Of a stretch of DNA of 64,000 bases, positions 27,501 through 40,633 are shown one piece after another. Made by a program: the position numbers and the translations under genes. The notes below the pieces were generated by a model that worked only from the letters and a program-made list of their open reading frames with translations, was not told the DNA's origin and made no database searches. The DNA lies in assembly GCA_028826165.1 (NCBI GenBank), contig JAPDFW010000070.1, positions 372,001 to 436,000 of the forward strand, given 5' to 3'. This stretch comes from Anaeramoeba ignava BMAN. Its lineage: Eukaryota; Protista; Anaeramoebae. Each line of letters starts with the position of its first letter. The first letter of the stretch is position 1.

Positions 27501-29381
27501 CTAAGCCAGCGAATGTTAGAAAATCTTGTTCATCATTTTCATTTTCATTTTCATTATTATTTTCATTATTATTTTCATTTTCATTTTCATTATTATTTTT
27601 ATTTTCATTTTCATATTTTCATTTTCATTTTCATTTTCATTTTTATTTTCATTTTTATTATTATTCAGTTGAGAAGATCTAAGTCTATAAGGATTTGCAG
27701 CTGCTAATAAATGCAATTTTCTTGAAAGTGGTTTTCCATTCAATGAATGGTCAATTATAATTTCTTTGAATAAAGTAATACATTCATTTGAAGATGTATT
27801 GAAGTTATCAAAAAAAAGATAAACATCGTTATTTTTTTCTTTTTGAATAATTTCTTCTGCTTCTTTAATATATCTTGCAATATCTTCTTGTGTTGTTCCT
27901 CCATGAATATTTTGAATTAATAGTTTTTTATTCATCATTTTTTCAATTAAAAATTGTATTAATGAAGTTTTTCCACATCCAGTTTCTCCCAATAAAATTA
28001 CAGGAAGACCTGAAAAAAGTTTGAATTGAATATAAATCATTTTCATAAAGTTATCTGATGTTAAAACATATCTTGAATTTTGATATTTTTGATTCATTCG
28101 TTGTATTTCCTCCTGTTCAGTAATTTGCTCGACATTTAATGCAGTAAACATTCTAAATGCTTCAACTAAATTAAATGTTAGCTTTTTTTTATTTGCGATT
28201 TCTTGAAAAAATTTGATTCCATTTCTTCTTAATATTGCTCGAATTGGTTTATCTTTGAAAATATTTGTATTTTTATTTTCAAGTAAATTAAAGTTAGTTG
28301 AACTCTTTGAGAAAATTGGAATAAAAAAATAATCTATTTTGTTATCCCATTGATTTCTATTGTGATAAATTTTTGATAACTCTATTATATCATTAGAATC
28401 TTCGCTTTCGGTATGGAAAGTCCAATTAAATGAACGTGAAACTAATTTTTTCATTGAATGAATATATGCATCAAAAGATTGTTTTGTGAATTTCTTTGCT
28501 ATATCAATAGTTTCAAATTCGAGGAAATTTTGAGTTTGTTGGTTACTGAAAAACATATAAAGAAAGATATAATCAATATGACTTTTCAAAATTTTCCAAA
28601 AATTAGAAAGAAGTCTGAAAGTTAATTGTTCTTTTTTCTTTTTCTTTTGATTCTTCAGAAAAAGTATTTAATAAAAATTGCCAAAATTTGTTTTTATCTG
28701 GTTCTTGATATGTTTCCTTTTGACGATTTTTTAAATTTGGTTTATCAAATTCAATAAAGTTATTTTTGCCTATTTCAATAAATCTTGCAACTTCTTTAAG
28801 TTTTCGATCTTCTTTTCTTTCAATTTCAAAATTTTCATTAATTTCATATTCAATAAATCCGAAAACTTCTTCTTTAAGTTCACATTTAAATTCTTGAATA
28901 AATTTTAATGGAGTAAATTGTTTCAATCCACTTTCTGAATTTGCACCTCTATTACTTGGAATTTCAAATGAAATATCAAAATTATCTTCAAATTTCCAAA
29001 ATAATAATTGAGCATTTAATATTGATCTTTTTTGTTCAATTACTCCCCACATTAAGAATTTCCAAATTAAATTTAATGTTTCCTTTTTGGGATGAATTGG
29101 AAATTCGAAATGGATATAATTAACCATATTATTATTATTATTTATAAATGCATTTTGAAATTGATTTTGAAATTGATTTTGAAATTGATTTTGATTTTCA
29201 ATCTCAATTTCAAGTTCATTATTGTTATTGTTATTATCATTATTTTATTTATTGTTTTTATTGTTATTATTATTATTATTATTGATTTTGATTTTTATTA
29301 TTATTATTATTAGTATTGTTATTATTATTATTGTTATTATTATTGTTATTGTTATTGTTATTGTTATTGTTATTGTTATTA

Positions 29382-29425
<44 letters not shown>

Positions 29426-32400
29426 GTTATTGTTATTGTTATTGTTATTGTTATTGTTATTGTTATTGTTATTGTAATTTTGTGGATATAATTTATCAAG
29501 AAATGTATAAATTTTGTTAATAATTTCAAAAGATGTCCCACTTGTAAGTATAATATGTAAATAAGGAAATAAAGAATTTTTTTTGGTTTTTTGTGTGAAA
29601 TATTTTCTAATTTGATAAGTCTTCCCACATCCAGAGAATTCAGAAGTGAAAACTTTCATATTATTTGATTGAGGATGATATTTGTCAAAAATTAATTGGA
29701 TATTTTGTCTTGATAATATTTCAAAATTTTCAATTTTTTGATTTTGAGTTGCTTGTTTTACATTGTAAATTTGAGGAGAATCTCCTGAAAATAAGATTAA
29801 AAGAGGATATTTTGCAAAATAATCAATTTGATTTAATTCTCTGATTAGACAATTAGATTCTCTTTTTTTCAATTTTTGGAAAAACATTATTGTAAACAAA
29901 AAATTTTGTTGATCCAAAAATTTTGTTTCTTCTTCTTCTTTTTTGCTTTTCTTTTTCTTTTTCTTTTCCTTTTCTTCATTTGAGTTTGAATAAAAATTAT
30001 AAAGTTTGTAAATTCTCAAAAAATTTCTAATATCTATTTTGGTTGTATATTTATCGCAAATAAGAACATGTTCTCTCAAAGGAAAATGATGAGAATAAGT
30101 AAAATAAATTGATGTTAACAAATCATAAATATTTGATTTTTCTTCATTTTCTGTTGTTTCATAATAAAAAATATTTTTTTTGGTGATTTTCTTGCGATTT
30201 TGATTGAGAACATTTGTAAATTTATCTTGATTAATTTGTGAAGCTTGAATAATTTCATTTTGATTTTGTTGAATTGGGATTAAATGTAATTTAATATATT
30301 TGTAAAGATCAAATAATTTATCCATTATTGAAGCTACAGCAGAAATATCAATATAATTTGTTTGTTGTTTAAATTCAAATAATGATTGAAAATCTTTTTC
30401 AAGATATTGGAAAAAGTAACGAAGAATATCAATATTTGAATTTTTCTGATTTTTCAAATAATAAACAATACTTATAAATTGTTCATAAGAAAACATTGAG
30501 ATGAATGGATAAACTTTATAAACATCTGAAATTTTAGATTTCCATTCTTTTAAATCTTGTTTGTATTTAAGACTAAGATCTTTTAAATCTTTTTCCCAAT
30601 CACCACTTTTAGAAATTGAAATCTCTTCAGTAAAAATTCTGTTGATGTTGTTGTTTTTGTTGTTCTGGTTATTGAAATATGAAGGATAATTCCAATGCCC
30701 AAGATTTCTAAGTTTAGTAAGAGTTAATGAGCATTCTTCAATAATTGGGAATATTTCCAGAAATTTAGAATAGAAGTCTCTCAAATTTGGTTCCTTATTT
30801 TCAAAGTGTTGATAATTAGTTGGAGTGGATAAAATATCTGAATCTTGAATTGTATAATAAGCTTGCAATAGATCTTGGAAAGGAATTGTATCTGAATTTT
30901 GGATTTTGCATTCAACATTTTCATCATTTAAGTTTTGAGCAAATCTAAATACAAATTTAGATTTTTCAGTAAATATTTTGGTAATAATTCTTTGTATTTT
31001 TTCTTGTGGAGATTCTTTTGAATTTCGAATTTTTTCTTTTAGTTCAATAAACACTGTTTGCAGAAATCGAGTATTAAGAGGATTTTTTGATAAGTCCTTG
31101 AGAAATTCATCTTCATATTTAGAAATTTCCTTCACAAGATCTTGGAGATTGGAAAATTGTTGATATAAATATCCTTTGATTCTTTCACGAACAGAACGCA
31201 AATATATTGCTCCTTGTGCTAATTGTTGATCATTAAATTGATTTGGATCCATTTTTTGATTAAATTCAAAATCTTGCATATTATTATTCTTGAGCCAATC
31301 AAAAATATCTGAATTGAATTTTTCATTAACTTTGTTTTTTGTTTGAGTTTGTTTTCTTGGGTAAACTACAATTTTAGGAAATAAATCACCGAAAAATTCA
31401 ATTGTTTCTTCTCTTAATCCTAAAATGAGTGATTGTGTTAAAACTTCTTCTAGTCGAGATATAGTATATTTATCGAATGATTCCCAATTTGAGTAAATTT
31501 TCAAGTTTTGTTTGAATTTGGATTTGCATAGAAAAATAAAAGAGTCTCTAGAAATAATAAGTTTTCGGCATTTAAGAAACTGCTGGAGTTGATCCACAGG
31601 TAATTGTTTTTTTTGTTCATTTTGTTCGTTTTTCTCTTCAAAATCATAAATATAAAGATTTTGAATTTCAAAGTTGTTTAATTCATCAGTATTTTCAATA
31701 GGAAAACAATCATCCAATTCTTTAAAAGTTATAGTATATTCAATTATTTTTTTTCGAAGTTCTTTCCATTTATCTATAACATTTGGAATGATTTGATTTT
31801 TCAATTCGTTTAATTCTATTTTTTCTTTTTCTTTTTCTTTTTCTTTCTGATCGAAGTAATTTTTAACCACTGATGTCCAAAAACGTCCGAAGTTTTTGCT
31901 TGTGCTCAATGATTGAAAAGAGGATAAAATATTAAAATCGAATCCTAAAGGATCAAATATTTTTTGGGTTGCAGTAACTGTAATATGTTTGGAATTTTTA
32001 TTTTTATTTTTTTGATTTTGATTTTGATTTTGATCATTTTTTATTGATCTCTCTTTTATTTTATTTAATATTCTTATAATTTCTGGGCATTTAAGTTTTG
32101 AATATGATAGAAAATGAGAATTAAACGAATTTAAAATGTTTTCTTTTTGATGAAAATTGTTAATAAGTCTCTCTGTGTTTTGAATTTCAGAATAATAATT
32201 TTCATTGAATATAATGAAAAAGGAAGAATATAAATTTTTATTATTGAGATAGTCATAAAAATCATAAATTAAGCATTGATCTGGATCTTTCAATTTTTGT
32301 ATTTTTTGCAAAATTTGTGTTTTCCATCTTTTTAGTATACTTAAAAAATTTTGTGGATTTTCTGGTTCTTTTTGAATTTTATCATTATCGTTATTATCGT

Positions 32401-34335
32401 AATCACTGCTATCTCTCTTATTGAAATTTTCATAATTTTTAAGCCATTTCAAAGTTGTCTCAATCCTTTTGATTTGGGCTAAATTTGCAGATTTAATTAA
32501 TTTGAAAATATTTGATTTAATTTCAAAATTTGCATTTAAAGCAAGATATTTTTCCCAATAGCGTAGCTGATGATTAAGAGGTATATGAATGGCAACATCT
32601 TTGTCATCAATCATATTTATTGGTTTTATTAAAAGTAACTCTTTAATAGTCAAATTTTCAATTTTGTCTTTAAGTTTTGAATCCAAATCTAAATCCTTTT
32701 CAAACTTTTTCAATTCAATAATTTCCTTAATTTTTTGTTGAGGTTGTTTTTTGTTGAAAGGTTGCATTTCAAAATTATTTTCTCGAATTGAATAAAATTT
32801 GTTTTGATCAAATTTTTCAATTTTCTTCATAATATCCTCTTTGATTTTTTCTTTTCTTTTGTTAAAATAATTCTTTGTTTTGTTTTCCAAGTTTTTCCAA
32901 AATTTAACCCATACCAAAAATGTATGACAAATAATATTTTGTATAATTTCATACAATCCAGTTTGTTTAATTGAATCAAGGAAATCTTGGAAGATTTTTT
33001 CAGATTCTTTTTCTTTAAACATTCTTTCAAATAATCGATATTTAAATTTTTTTTCTTCAAAAAAATTATTTATCATTGTTGGAGTGATAATATCCCTGAA
33101 AATTTGAGAATTAAAACAAATATTGAGCATGAAGATAAATTCTTTGGTAAACTTCTTTTTAAATTTGTTGTCCATAAGTTCTTTATTTCGAAGTTTAATA
33201 GTATGAAAAGGTGATTCAGAGATTTGAAAAGTTTCAAAAACTGGGATATACCATAAAAGTTTAAATCTGTAATTTTTTTCCAAAATTTTTGAAATTAAGA
33301 GAAGATTTTCTTTGAATTTTGTTATAAAAGGCTTAAGCGAAGGTATTTGAATGAAATGATAAATAACTTCATAAAAATGAGCCAAATCTTCAATATTTTT
33401 TGAGGAAAAAAAAAGAATTTCCGAAAAATGGTTTTGGGTTTTTGGAACCAAAGAATGCTGAAAGAAAATGATGAGAAAAGTTTTAAGTAATAAAAGAATA
33501 TGAGATTTGTCTTTGATTAACTTGTGAATTTTTGAAGAAAATAGGTTTTCAAGATATTCTTCATTATTAATTGTTTGAAGAAATTGTTCCATTATAGTTT
33601 CATGTGCTTTAATAATTTGAGTAAAACTTGTTTGAATTTTATATTGATTTTGAATTTTATATTGATTTTGAATTTTAATTTGATTTTGAATTTGATTTTG
33701 ATTTTGATTTTGATTTTGATTTTGAATTTGATTTTGAATTTGATTTTTGATTTTGATTTTGATTTTGATTTTGATTTTGATTTTCATTTTTATTTTCATT
33801 TTTCTTTTTATTTTTCTTTGGCTTTTCAAATTGAATATCAATTTCACTTTCACTTTCATTTTCATTTTCACTTTCACTTTCACTTTCGTTTTTGATTTTG
33901 ATTTTGATTTTGATTTTGATTTTGATTTTGATTTTGATTTTGATTTTGATTTTGATTTTGATTTTGATTTTGATTTGTGAATAATTTTTCATCCATTTGA
34001 GTTATAATAGCAATTAAGAATTGTGATGCAATTTTTTGTTTCTCTTTTTTGGTTAAATTTAATAAATTTTCATCATTTTCTGAAAAAACAAAAAAATTAA
34101 ATTTTGATTCATTGTTTTGAAAAGGAAAAGTTTTTATAATAGATTCTTGATTTGAATTCGTCATTTTAATATCCCATTTTTCAATATTTAAATAATTTCT
34201 AGGTTTATAAATCCAAATATTATCATTTTTATTGTGTTGAGTCATTTCTTTTTCATTACATTTAAAAGTAATTTTGTTTTCTTGTTGATATTCATAATAA
34301 ATAAAAACTTTAAATTTGAAATTTTTTTGAGACAT
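18535..34335 (-). CDS. Giant RNF213/mysterin-like dynein-related AAA+ protein (~5000 aa), split by frameshifts
   Basis: SEFSGCGKT; LTSDNFMKM..PVILLGETGCGKT; LLAAANPYR; VYRVLP; SSVSLRDV; LFIVGKPG|TSKT (intron ~26731-26819); ILDEVAFAEFSPDLPLKVLH; SNWKMDPANTNR; YYGLRDFY; LYDLLNQNY; INRFEKQ. Motif order matches the RNF213 AAA core. Confidence 0.85.
22110..23400 (-). repeat. Coding 12-bp tandem repeat (QSKK/ESKK/QSEK variants, ~430 aa)
   Basis: Plus-strand unit TAGATTGTTTTT with variants, read in frame within the RNF213-like gene. Confidence 0.95.
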
Positions 34336-34531
34336 TTTTAATAATAAAAAATAAATAAAAAAAATTGGAATTCAAAACAGGAAAAAAAATGAAAAAAAAA
34401 AAAAGAGAAAAAATATTTTTTTTTGAATTTTTCTTCTTTTAATTTATAAAAAATTTTTCAATTTAAATTTTCATTTTTTTCTTTTTTTTTTCTTTTTTCT
34501 TTTTCCAAATTATTATTTTCATTTTTTAAAA

Positions 34532-35941
34532 ATGTCAGAAATAGATCCATCAACATTAATTATCAAAATTGTACTTGTTGGAGATTCTCTTGTAGGAAAA
34601 ACTTGTATTTTAAAACAATTTTGTGATCATGAATTTGATCCTGAACTTGGTGCAACAATTGGAGTTGATTTTCGATTTCATACAATTCAAATACAAAACA
34701 AACAAATTCAACTTCAAATTGTAAAAATTTTTTTCATTAATAAATTTTACAAAAGAAAATTTATAACGAAATTTAAAATTATATTTATATTTATATTTAA
34801 AATTATATTTATATTTATATTTATATTTATATTTATATTTATATTTGTAATTATAATTATAATTATATTTATAATTATATTTGTATTTATATTTATATTT
34901 ATATTTATATTTATATTTATAATTATATTTATATTTATATTTATATTTATATTTATATTTATATTTATATTTATATTTATATTTATATTTATATTTATAT
35001 TTATATTTATATTTATATTTATATTTATATTTATATTTATATTTATATTTATATTTTTATAATTTATATTTTATATTTATGTTTTTATATTTATATTTAT
35101 AATTATATTTATAATTATATTTTATATTTATATTTTATATTTATATTTATATTTATATTTATATTTATATTTATATTTATATTTATATTTATATTTATAT
35201 TTATATTTATATATTATATTTATATTTATATTTATATTTATATTTATATTTATATTTATATTTATATTTATATTTAAATTTTTATTTTTATTTTTATATC
35301 AAATTTCATTTCTTTGATTTATAAAGTGGGATACTGCAGGTATAAAATAGAAAATTAAAAAGAGTCATTTATAATAAATAATTTTTTTCTGTTTGTTTTT
35401 TTTTTGATTTTAAATATAATCTTTAGGGCAAGAAGTTTTCCGTTCAATTACACATAATTATTATCGAAATGCTGATGCTGTTATGGTTGTTTTTGATATT
35501 ACTAACGAAAATAGTTTCAAAGGATTAGATGAATGGTTTAAAAATATTTCTGAAAAAGCACCAAAATATGCAAAGAAAATGTTAATGGCAAATAAAAAAG
35601 ATTTAATTTCTCAACGTTTTTTAAGTGAAGATGAAGCCAAAAAATTTGCTAAAAATTTTGATTGTTTATATTGTGAAGTTAGTGCAAAAACTGGAGAAAA
35701 TATTTATGAAGCTTTTCAAACTTTAACTTCAGAAACTTTAAAAGAGTAATTAAAAAGAAAAAAAAAGCAAAAAAATTTCTTGATCAAAAAAAAAAATTTT
35801 TTTTTATTAATTCGGGAAAATTTTATTTCCAAAAAAAAATAATCAAGTTATGTTCTTCAAAAACAAAAAAATCAAACTGTTACAGTTCAATCTGCAAAAT
35901 CTCCTAAAACAAAAAAATCTACTTCTCAAGGTTGTTGTTAA
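34532..35941 (+). CDS. Rab family small GTPase (4 exons, including a 13-nt exon)
   Basis: Exons 34532-34720 ([14 protein letters not shown]), 35327-35339 (WDTA-G), 35427-35745 ([19 protein letters not shown]), 35848-35941 ending in the GCC* prenylation motif. Confidence 0.92.
34780..35280. repeat. (TATATT)n intronic microsatellite
   Basis: Near-perfect hexamer array in Rab intron 1. Confidence 0.95.
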
Positions 35942-36152
35942 AAAAAAAAGAAAGAAAACAAGAAGAAAAATTTTTTAATTGAAAGTTTAAACTATATTTT
36001 TTTTTTGGATCAGAATTTGATTCAACAAATTTTCAAATTTTGAAAAACACAATTCAAACTTTTTTTTTTTAAAAAAAGAAAAGAAAAAAAAAATAAAAAA
36101 TTTTTTCATTTTTTTCATTTTTCTTCATTTTTTTAATTTAATTTAAATAAAA

Positions 36153-39100
36153 ATGATTGAAGTTCATTTAAGTGAAGTTGTTGAAGATTCTCCAATGTTT
36201 CAAAATAAAATTCGAACGTTTGAAGAACAAACAAAAGAATTAAGGACTTATTTAACAAAACTTATAAGATTATCAACACAATTTGCAAAAGCAGCAAAAA
36301 GTATATTTAAAATTTTATATTTTAAATTTTATATTTAAATTTTTAATTATTATTTAAAAAATAGCGATGACAGAAATTGGTAAAGAATTATCTCAAGAAA
36401 TTGGAGCATATTATGAACAAAGTTTTGTTGAAGGAGGAGATCAAGATCTTCGTAAATAAATTTATTTTCTTACTTTTAGAAATTCAAATTCAAATTCAAA
36501 TTCAAATTCAAATTTCTTTGAAAAATTTAAAAATTTAAAAATTTAAAAATTTTAAAATAGAAAATCAATTGAAAAGCTTTTCTGATCTTTTTTATAATAT
36601 TAATGAATCACTTGATCTTCATGTAAACTCTATATTTATATTTATAATTTAAATATTTATATTTATATTTTAAATATTTATATTATTTATATTATTTATA
36701 TTATTTATAATTTAAATATTTATATTATTTATATTCAAAAGTATTCCCAATTCGAATTATCATTTTCAAATCCTATTGAACAATTTCTAAATCAAGATTT
36801 AACAAAAGCAAGAGAAGCAAGAAAAAAATTAGATAAAATAACAACTGAAAGAGATTCAATTTTAACAAAATATCTTTCATTATCTGTTAAGAAAGATAAG
36901 AAAAAATATCAAGAAGTAAAGAAAGAATATCAAGAAACACAAGAAAAATACACACTTTCAGTTTATGATCTTGTTTCAGTTCTTCGTGGAATTCAAGAAA
37001 AGCAAAAATTTGAATTTATTGAAAGAATTCTTTCTTTAATGTATTTGCAATATGCTTTTTTTCATTCAGGTTATGATTCTCTTGTTGATAAAAAACCTGC
37101 TCTTGATCTTTTAACAGGAAATTTAGAAAATGTTAAGAAAAAATATGAAAATTTTATTCAAAAGGGTGATCAAAAACGAGATAAATTGAAACAAGTATTA
37201 CAAATTCAAAATTCAAATCAAAATTCTAAATTCAAAATTAAAATCAAATTCAAATTCAAAATTAAAATCAAAATCTAAATCAAAATCAAAATCAAAATCA
37301 AAATCTAAATCAAAATTAAATTTTTTCATTTATTCAGATTTTAATGGATAAAGATCGTATTCAAGCAAAAGATTCTTCAAAAATCGAAAAAAGAGGTTAT
37401 TTACTTAAAAAAAGTAGTGGAGCTGTTTCTGCTTGGAAAAGAAGATTTTTTGTAATTAAAGATCATAAATTATATTATTACCGAAATTGGAAAGTAAATC
37501 ATAAAAAAATTTTTTAAAAAAACAAGAAAAGAATAATTTAAATTTCTTCATTTATCACAATATATATATCTATATATTTATATATTTGTTTCTTTTTATT
37601 TTAATTTTTGTATTTTACTTCAGGATTTATCACAAGTAGGTGAATTAGATTTATTATTTTGTACTATTAAAATATCAAAAGATCAAACCAGAAGGTGAAT
37701 AAACAAGAATTTATTTTTAAAGCGAATTTTAAACTTAAAAGAATATCTAAAAAAATATTTAATAAAATATCCAAAATAATATTTAAAAGAATATTTAATA
37801 GAATATTCAAAAGAATATTTAAAATAATATTTAAAAGAATATTTAAAATAATATTTAAAAGAATATTTAATATAATATTATATTTTAATATTTTATGTAA
37901 ATAATATTTAAAAATATTTAAAAGAATATAAAAAAGAATATTTAAAGAATATTTAATAGAATATTTAAAAGAATATTTAATATAATATTTAATATAATAT
38001 TTAAAAAATATTTAAGTAAAAAAGAATATTTAAAAAGAATATTTAAAAAGAATATTTAATAAAATATCCAAAAATATTTAAAATAATATTTAAAAGAATA
38101 TTTAAAAATAATATTTAAAAAGAATATTTAAAATAATATTTAAAAAGAATATTTAATAGAATATTTAAAAATATTTAAAAGAATATTTAAAGAATATTTA
38201 AAAATAATATTTAATAAAAATATCAAAAAAGAATATTTAAAAAGAATATTTAAAAGAATAAATAATATTTAAAAAGAATATTTAAAAGAATATTCAAAAA
38301 AAAGAATATTTAAATATCAAAATTAAATATTTAATTTATTAATATTTTTAATAATATTTAATATAATATTTAATATAATATTCTTCAAAAATATAATATT
38401 TAATATAATATTTAATAGAATATGTTAATATAATATTTAAAAGAATATTTTAAAATAATATTTAATATAATATTTAATAAAAATATCCAAAAGAATATTT
38501 AAAAGAATATTTAAAATAATATTCAAAATAATATCCAAAATAATATTTAAAAGAATATTTAATAGAATATTTAAAAGAATATTTAAAATAATATTTAATA
38601 GAATATTTAAAAGAATATTTAAAATAATATTCAATAGAATATTTAAAATAATATTCAAAATAATATCCAAAATAATATTTAAAAGAATATTCAAAAGAAT
38701 ATTTAAAAGAATATTTAATATAATATTTAAAAGAATATTTAAAATAATATTTAAAAGAATATTTAATAGAATATTAATAGAATATTTAAAATAATATTTA
38801 ATAAAATATCCAAAAGAATATTTAAAATAATATTTAAAATAATATTTAAAAATATAACAGAAATTGTTTCGAAATTGTTTCAACACAAAAAACATATGTT
38901 CTTCAAGCTGAAACAGAAGAAGAAACAAGAAGTTGGATTGAAGTAGTTCAAAACAACGTATCCCAATTATTAAATAACGTGACAGTTCAAGACAAAGAAG
39001 ATAAACCACATGTCAATTCTAACCTTGCACTAGATCGATTATCAAGGATTCCAGGAAACAAAGAATGCGCGGATTGCGGGAGTCCAAACCCCGAATGGGC

Positions 39101-40334
39101 ATCAATTAATTTAGGAGCATTAATTTGCATTGAATGCAGTGGAATTCATCGCAGTTTGGGAGTTCACTACTCAAAAGTCCGTTCCACAAAATTGGACAAA
39201 TGGGATGAAGTGCTTTTATCTGTGATGGAACATTTAGGAAACCAGAAGGTGAATTCTATTCTCGAGAAAAATATCGGTGATAAACCAAAACCTTTTTCTT
39301 CAAGTATCTCTGATGTCAAAACTGCTTTTATTCTAAGGAAATATTGCAAAAGAGAGTTTGTGGATGGTTATGTCCGCAAAATAGCATTGGATTCATCATC
39401 AATAGAAAAACTTGAGCTGCTTAACTCCAGATGTTATGATGCTATTTTATCTTCTGATTTCGATCTTGTGTTTCAAACTATTGCTCAAGGTGCTGATCTT
39501 TCTTGGCAAAATATCAACGACTACAACAACACACCTCTTCATGCTGCTGCAAGTCTTACAGATTCAGAAATTTTGGAGCTTGTTTTGTTGAACTTTAAAG
39601 GTGATATAAATGTTTTTAATTCGGAATTTTATACTCCTTTACATTATGCTGTTTTGTCTGGTTCAGTTCTTTGTGTTCAAAGACTTCTTTTTCATGGTGC
39701 TCTTTTATTTCCGAAGAATGAACAACCAAATTATTTTTCTGCTTTGGATCTTGCTTATGAAATTAATAATTCAGAATGCATTGAAATTCTTTCTAAAATT
39801 GAAAAAAATCAAAATTCAAATTCAAATTCAAATGAAAATCAAAATGAAAATCAAAATCAAAATCAAAATCTAAATTCAAATGAAAATCAAAATCAAAATC
39901 AAAATCAAAATGAAAATCAAAATGGAAATCAAATTCAAAATCAAATTCAAATTGAAAATCAAAATCAAAATGAAAATCAAAATGAAAATCAACTTCAAAT
40001 TGATTCTCAATTAGAAAATGATCAATCTTTCCAAAGACCACAATATAAACCACCTCCTCCACCTCGTCCTCAAGCTGAAAGAGATCAACAATTTCAAAAA
40101 GTTATTCAAAATCTCCATAAAAACAAAATCAAAAAAAATCAAAACCAAAATCAAAATCAAAATCAAAATCAAAATCAAAATCAAAATCAAAATCAAAATC
40201 AAAATCAAAATCAAAATCAATTAAAATCCAAGAAAATTGTTGAAGAAAAAGAAAAAAAACCTCCTCTTCCTCCAAGACCTAATAAATTTCCTTTTAAACC
40301 ATCAGTTAAATTTCCTCCTCCTTCTCGAAAATGA
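36153..40334 (+). CDS. ACAP/centaurin-beta-like BAR-PH-ArfGAP-ankyrin protein
   Basis: EDSPMFQ BAR start; PH (KRGYLLKK..WKRRFF; CFEIVS..YVLQAE..WI); ArfGAP CADCGSPNPEWASINLG..CIECSGIHR; ankyrin TPLH; Pro-rich tail. Confidence 0.9.
37735..38855. repeat. 12-bp intronic minisatellite (AAAAGAATATTT)
   Basis: Tandem array inside the PH-domain intron of the ArfGAP gene. Confidence 0.9.
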
Positions 40335-40633
40335 AAACGAAAATGAAAATGAAAATGAAAATGAAAATGAAAATGAAAATGAAAATAATTTTAATTTTTA
40401 TTCTTTTTTTAATTCTTTTGTTTTGACATGTTTTTCATTTCTATAACAAAAAAAAAATGATATAAAAAGAAATTTCAAAGTAAATTGTTTTCTAAATTGT
40501 TTTCTAAATTGTTTCTAAATTGTTTTCTAAATTGTTTTCTAAATTGTTTTCTAAATTGTTTCTAAATTGTTTTCTAAATTGTTTTCTAAATTGTTTTCTA
40601 AATTGTTTTCTAAATTGTTTCTTAAAAATTAAA

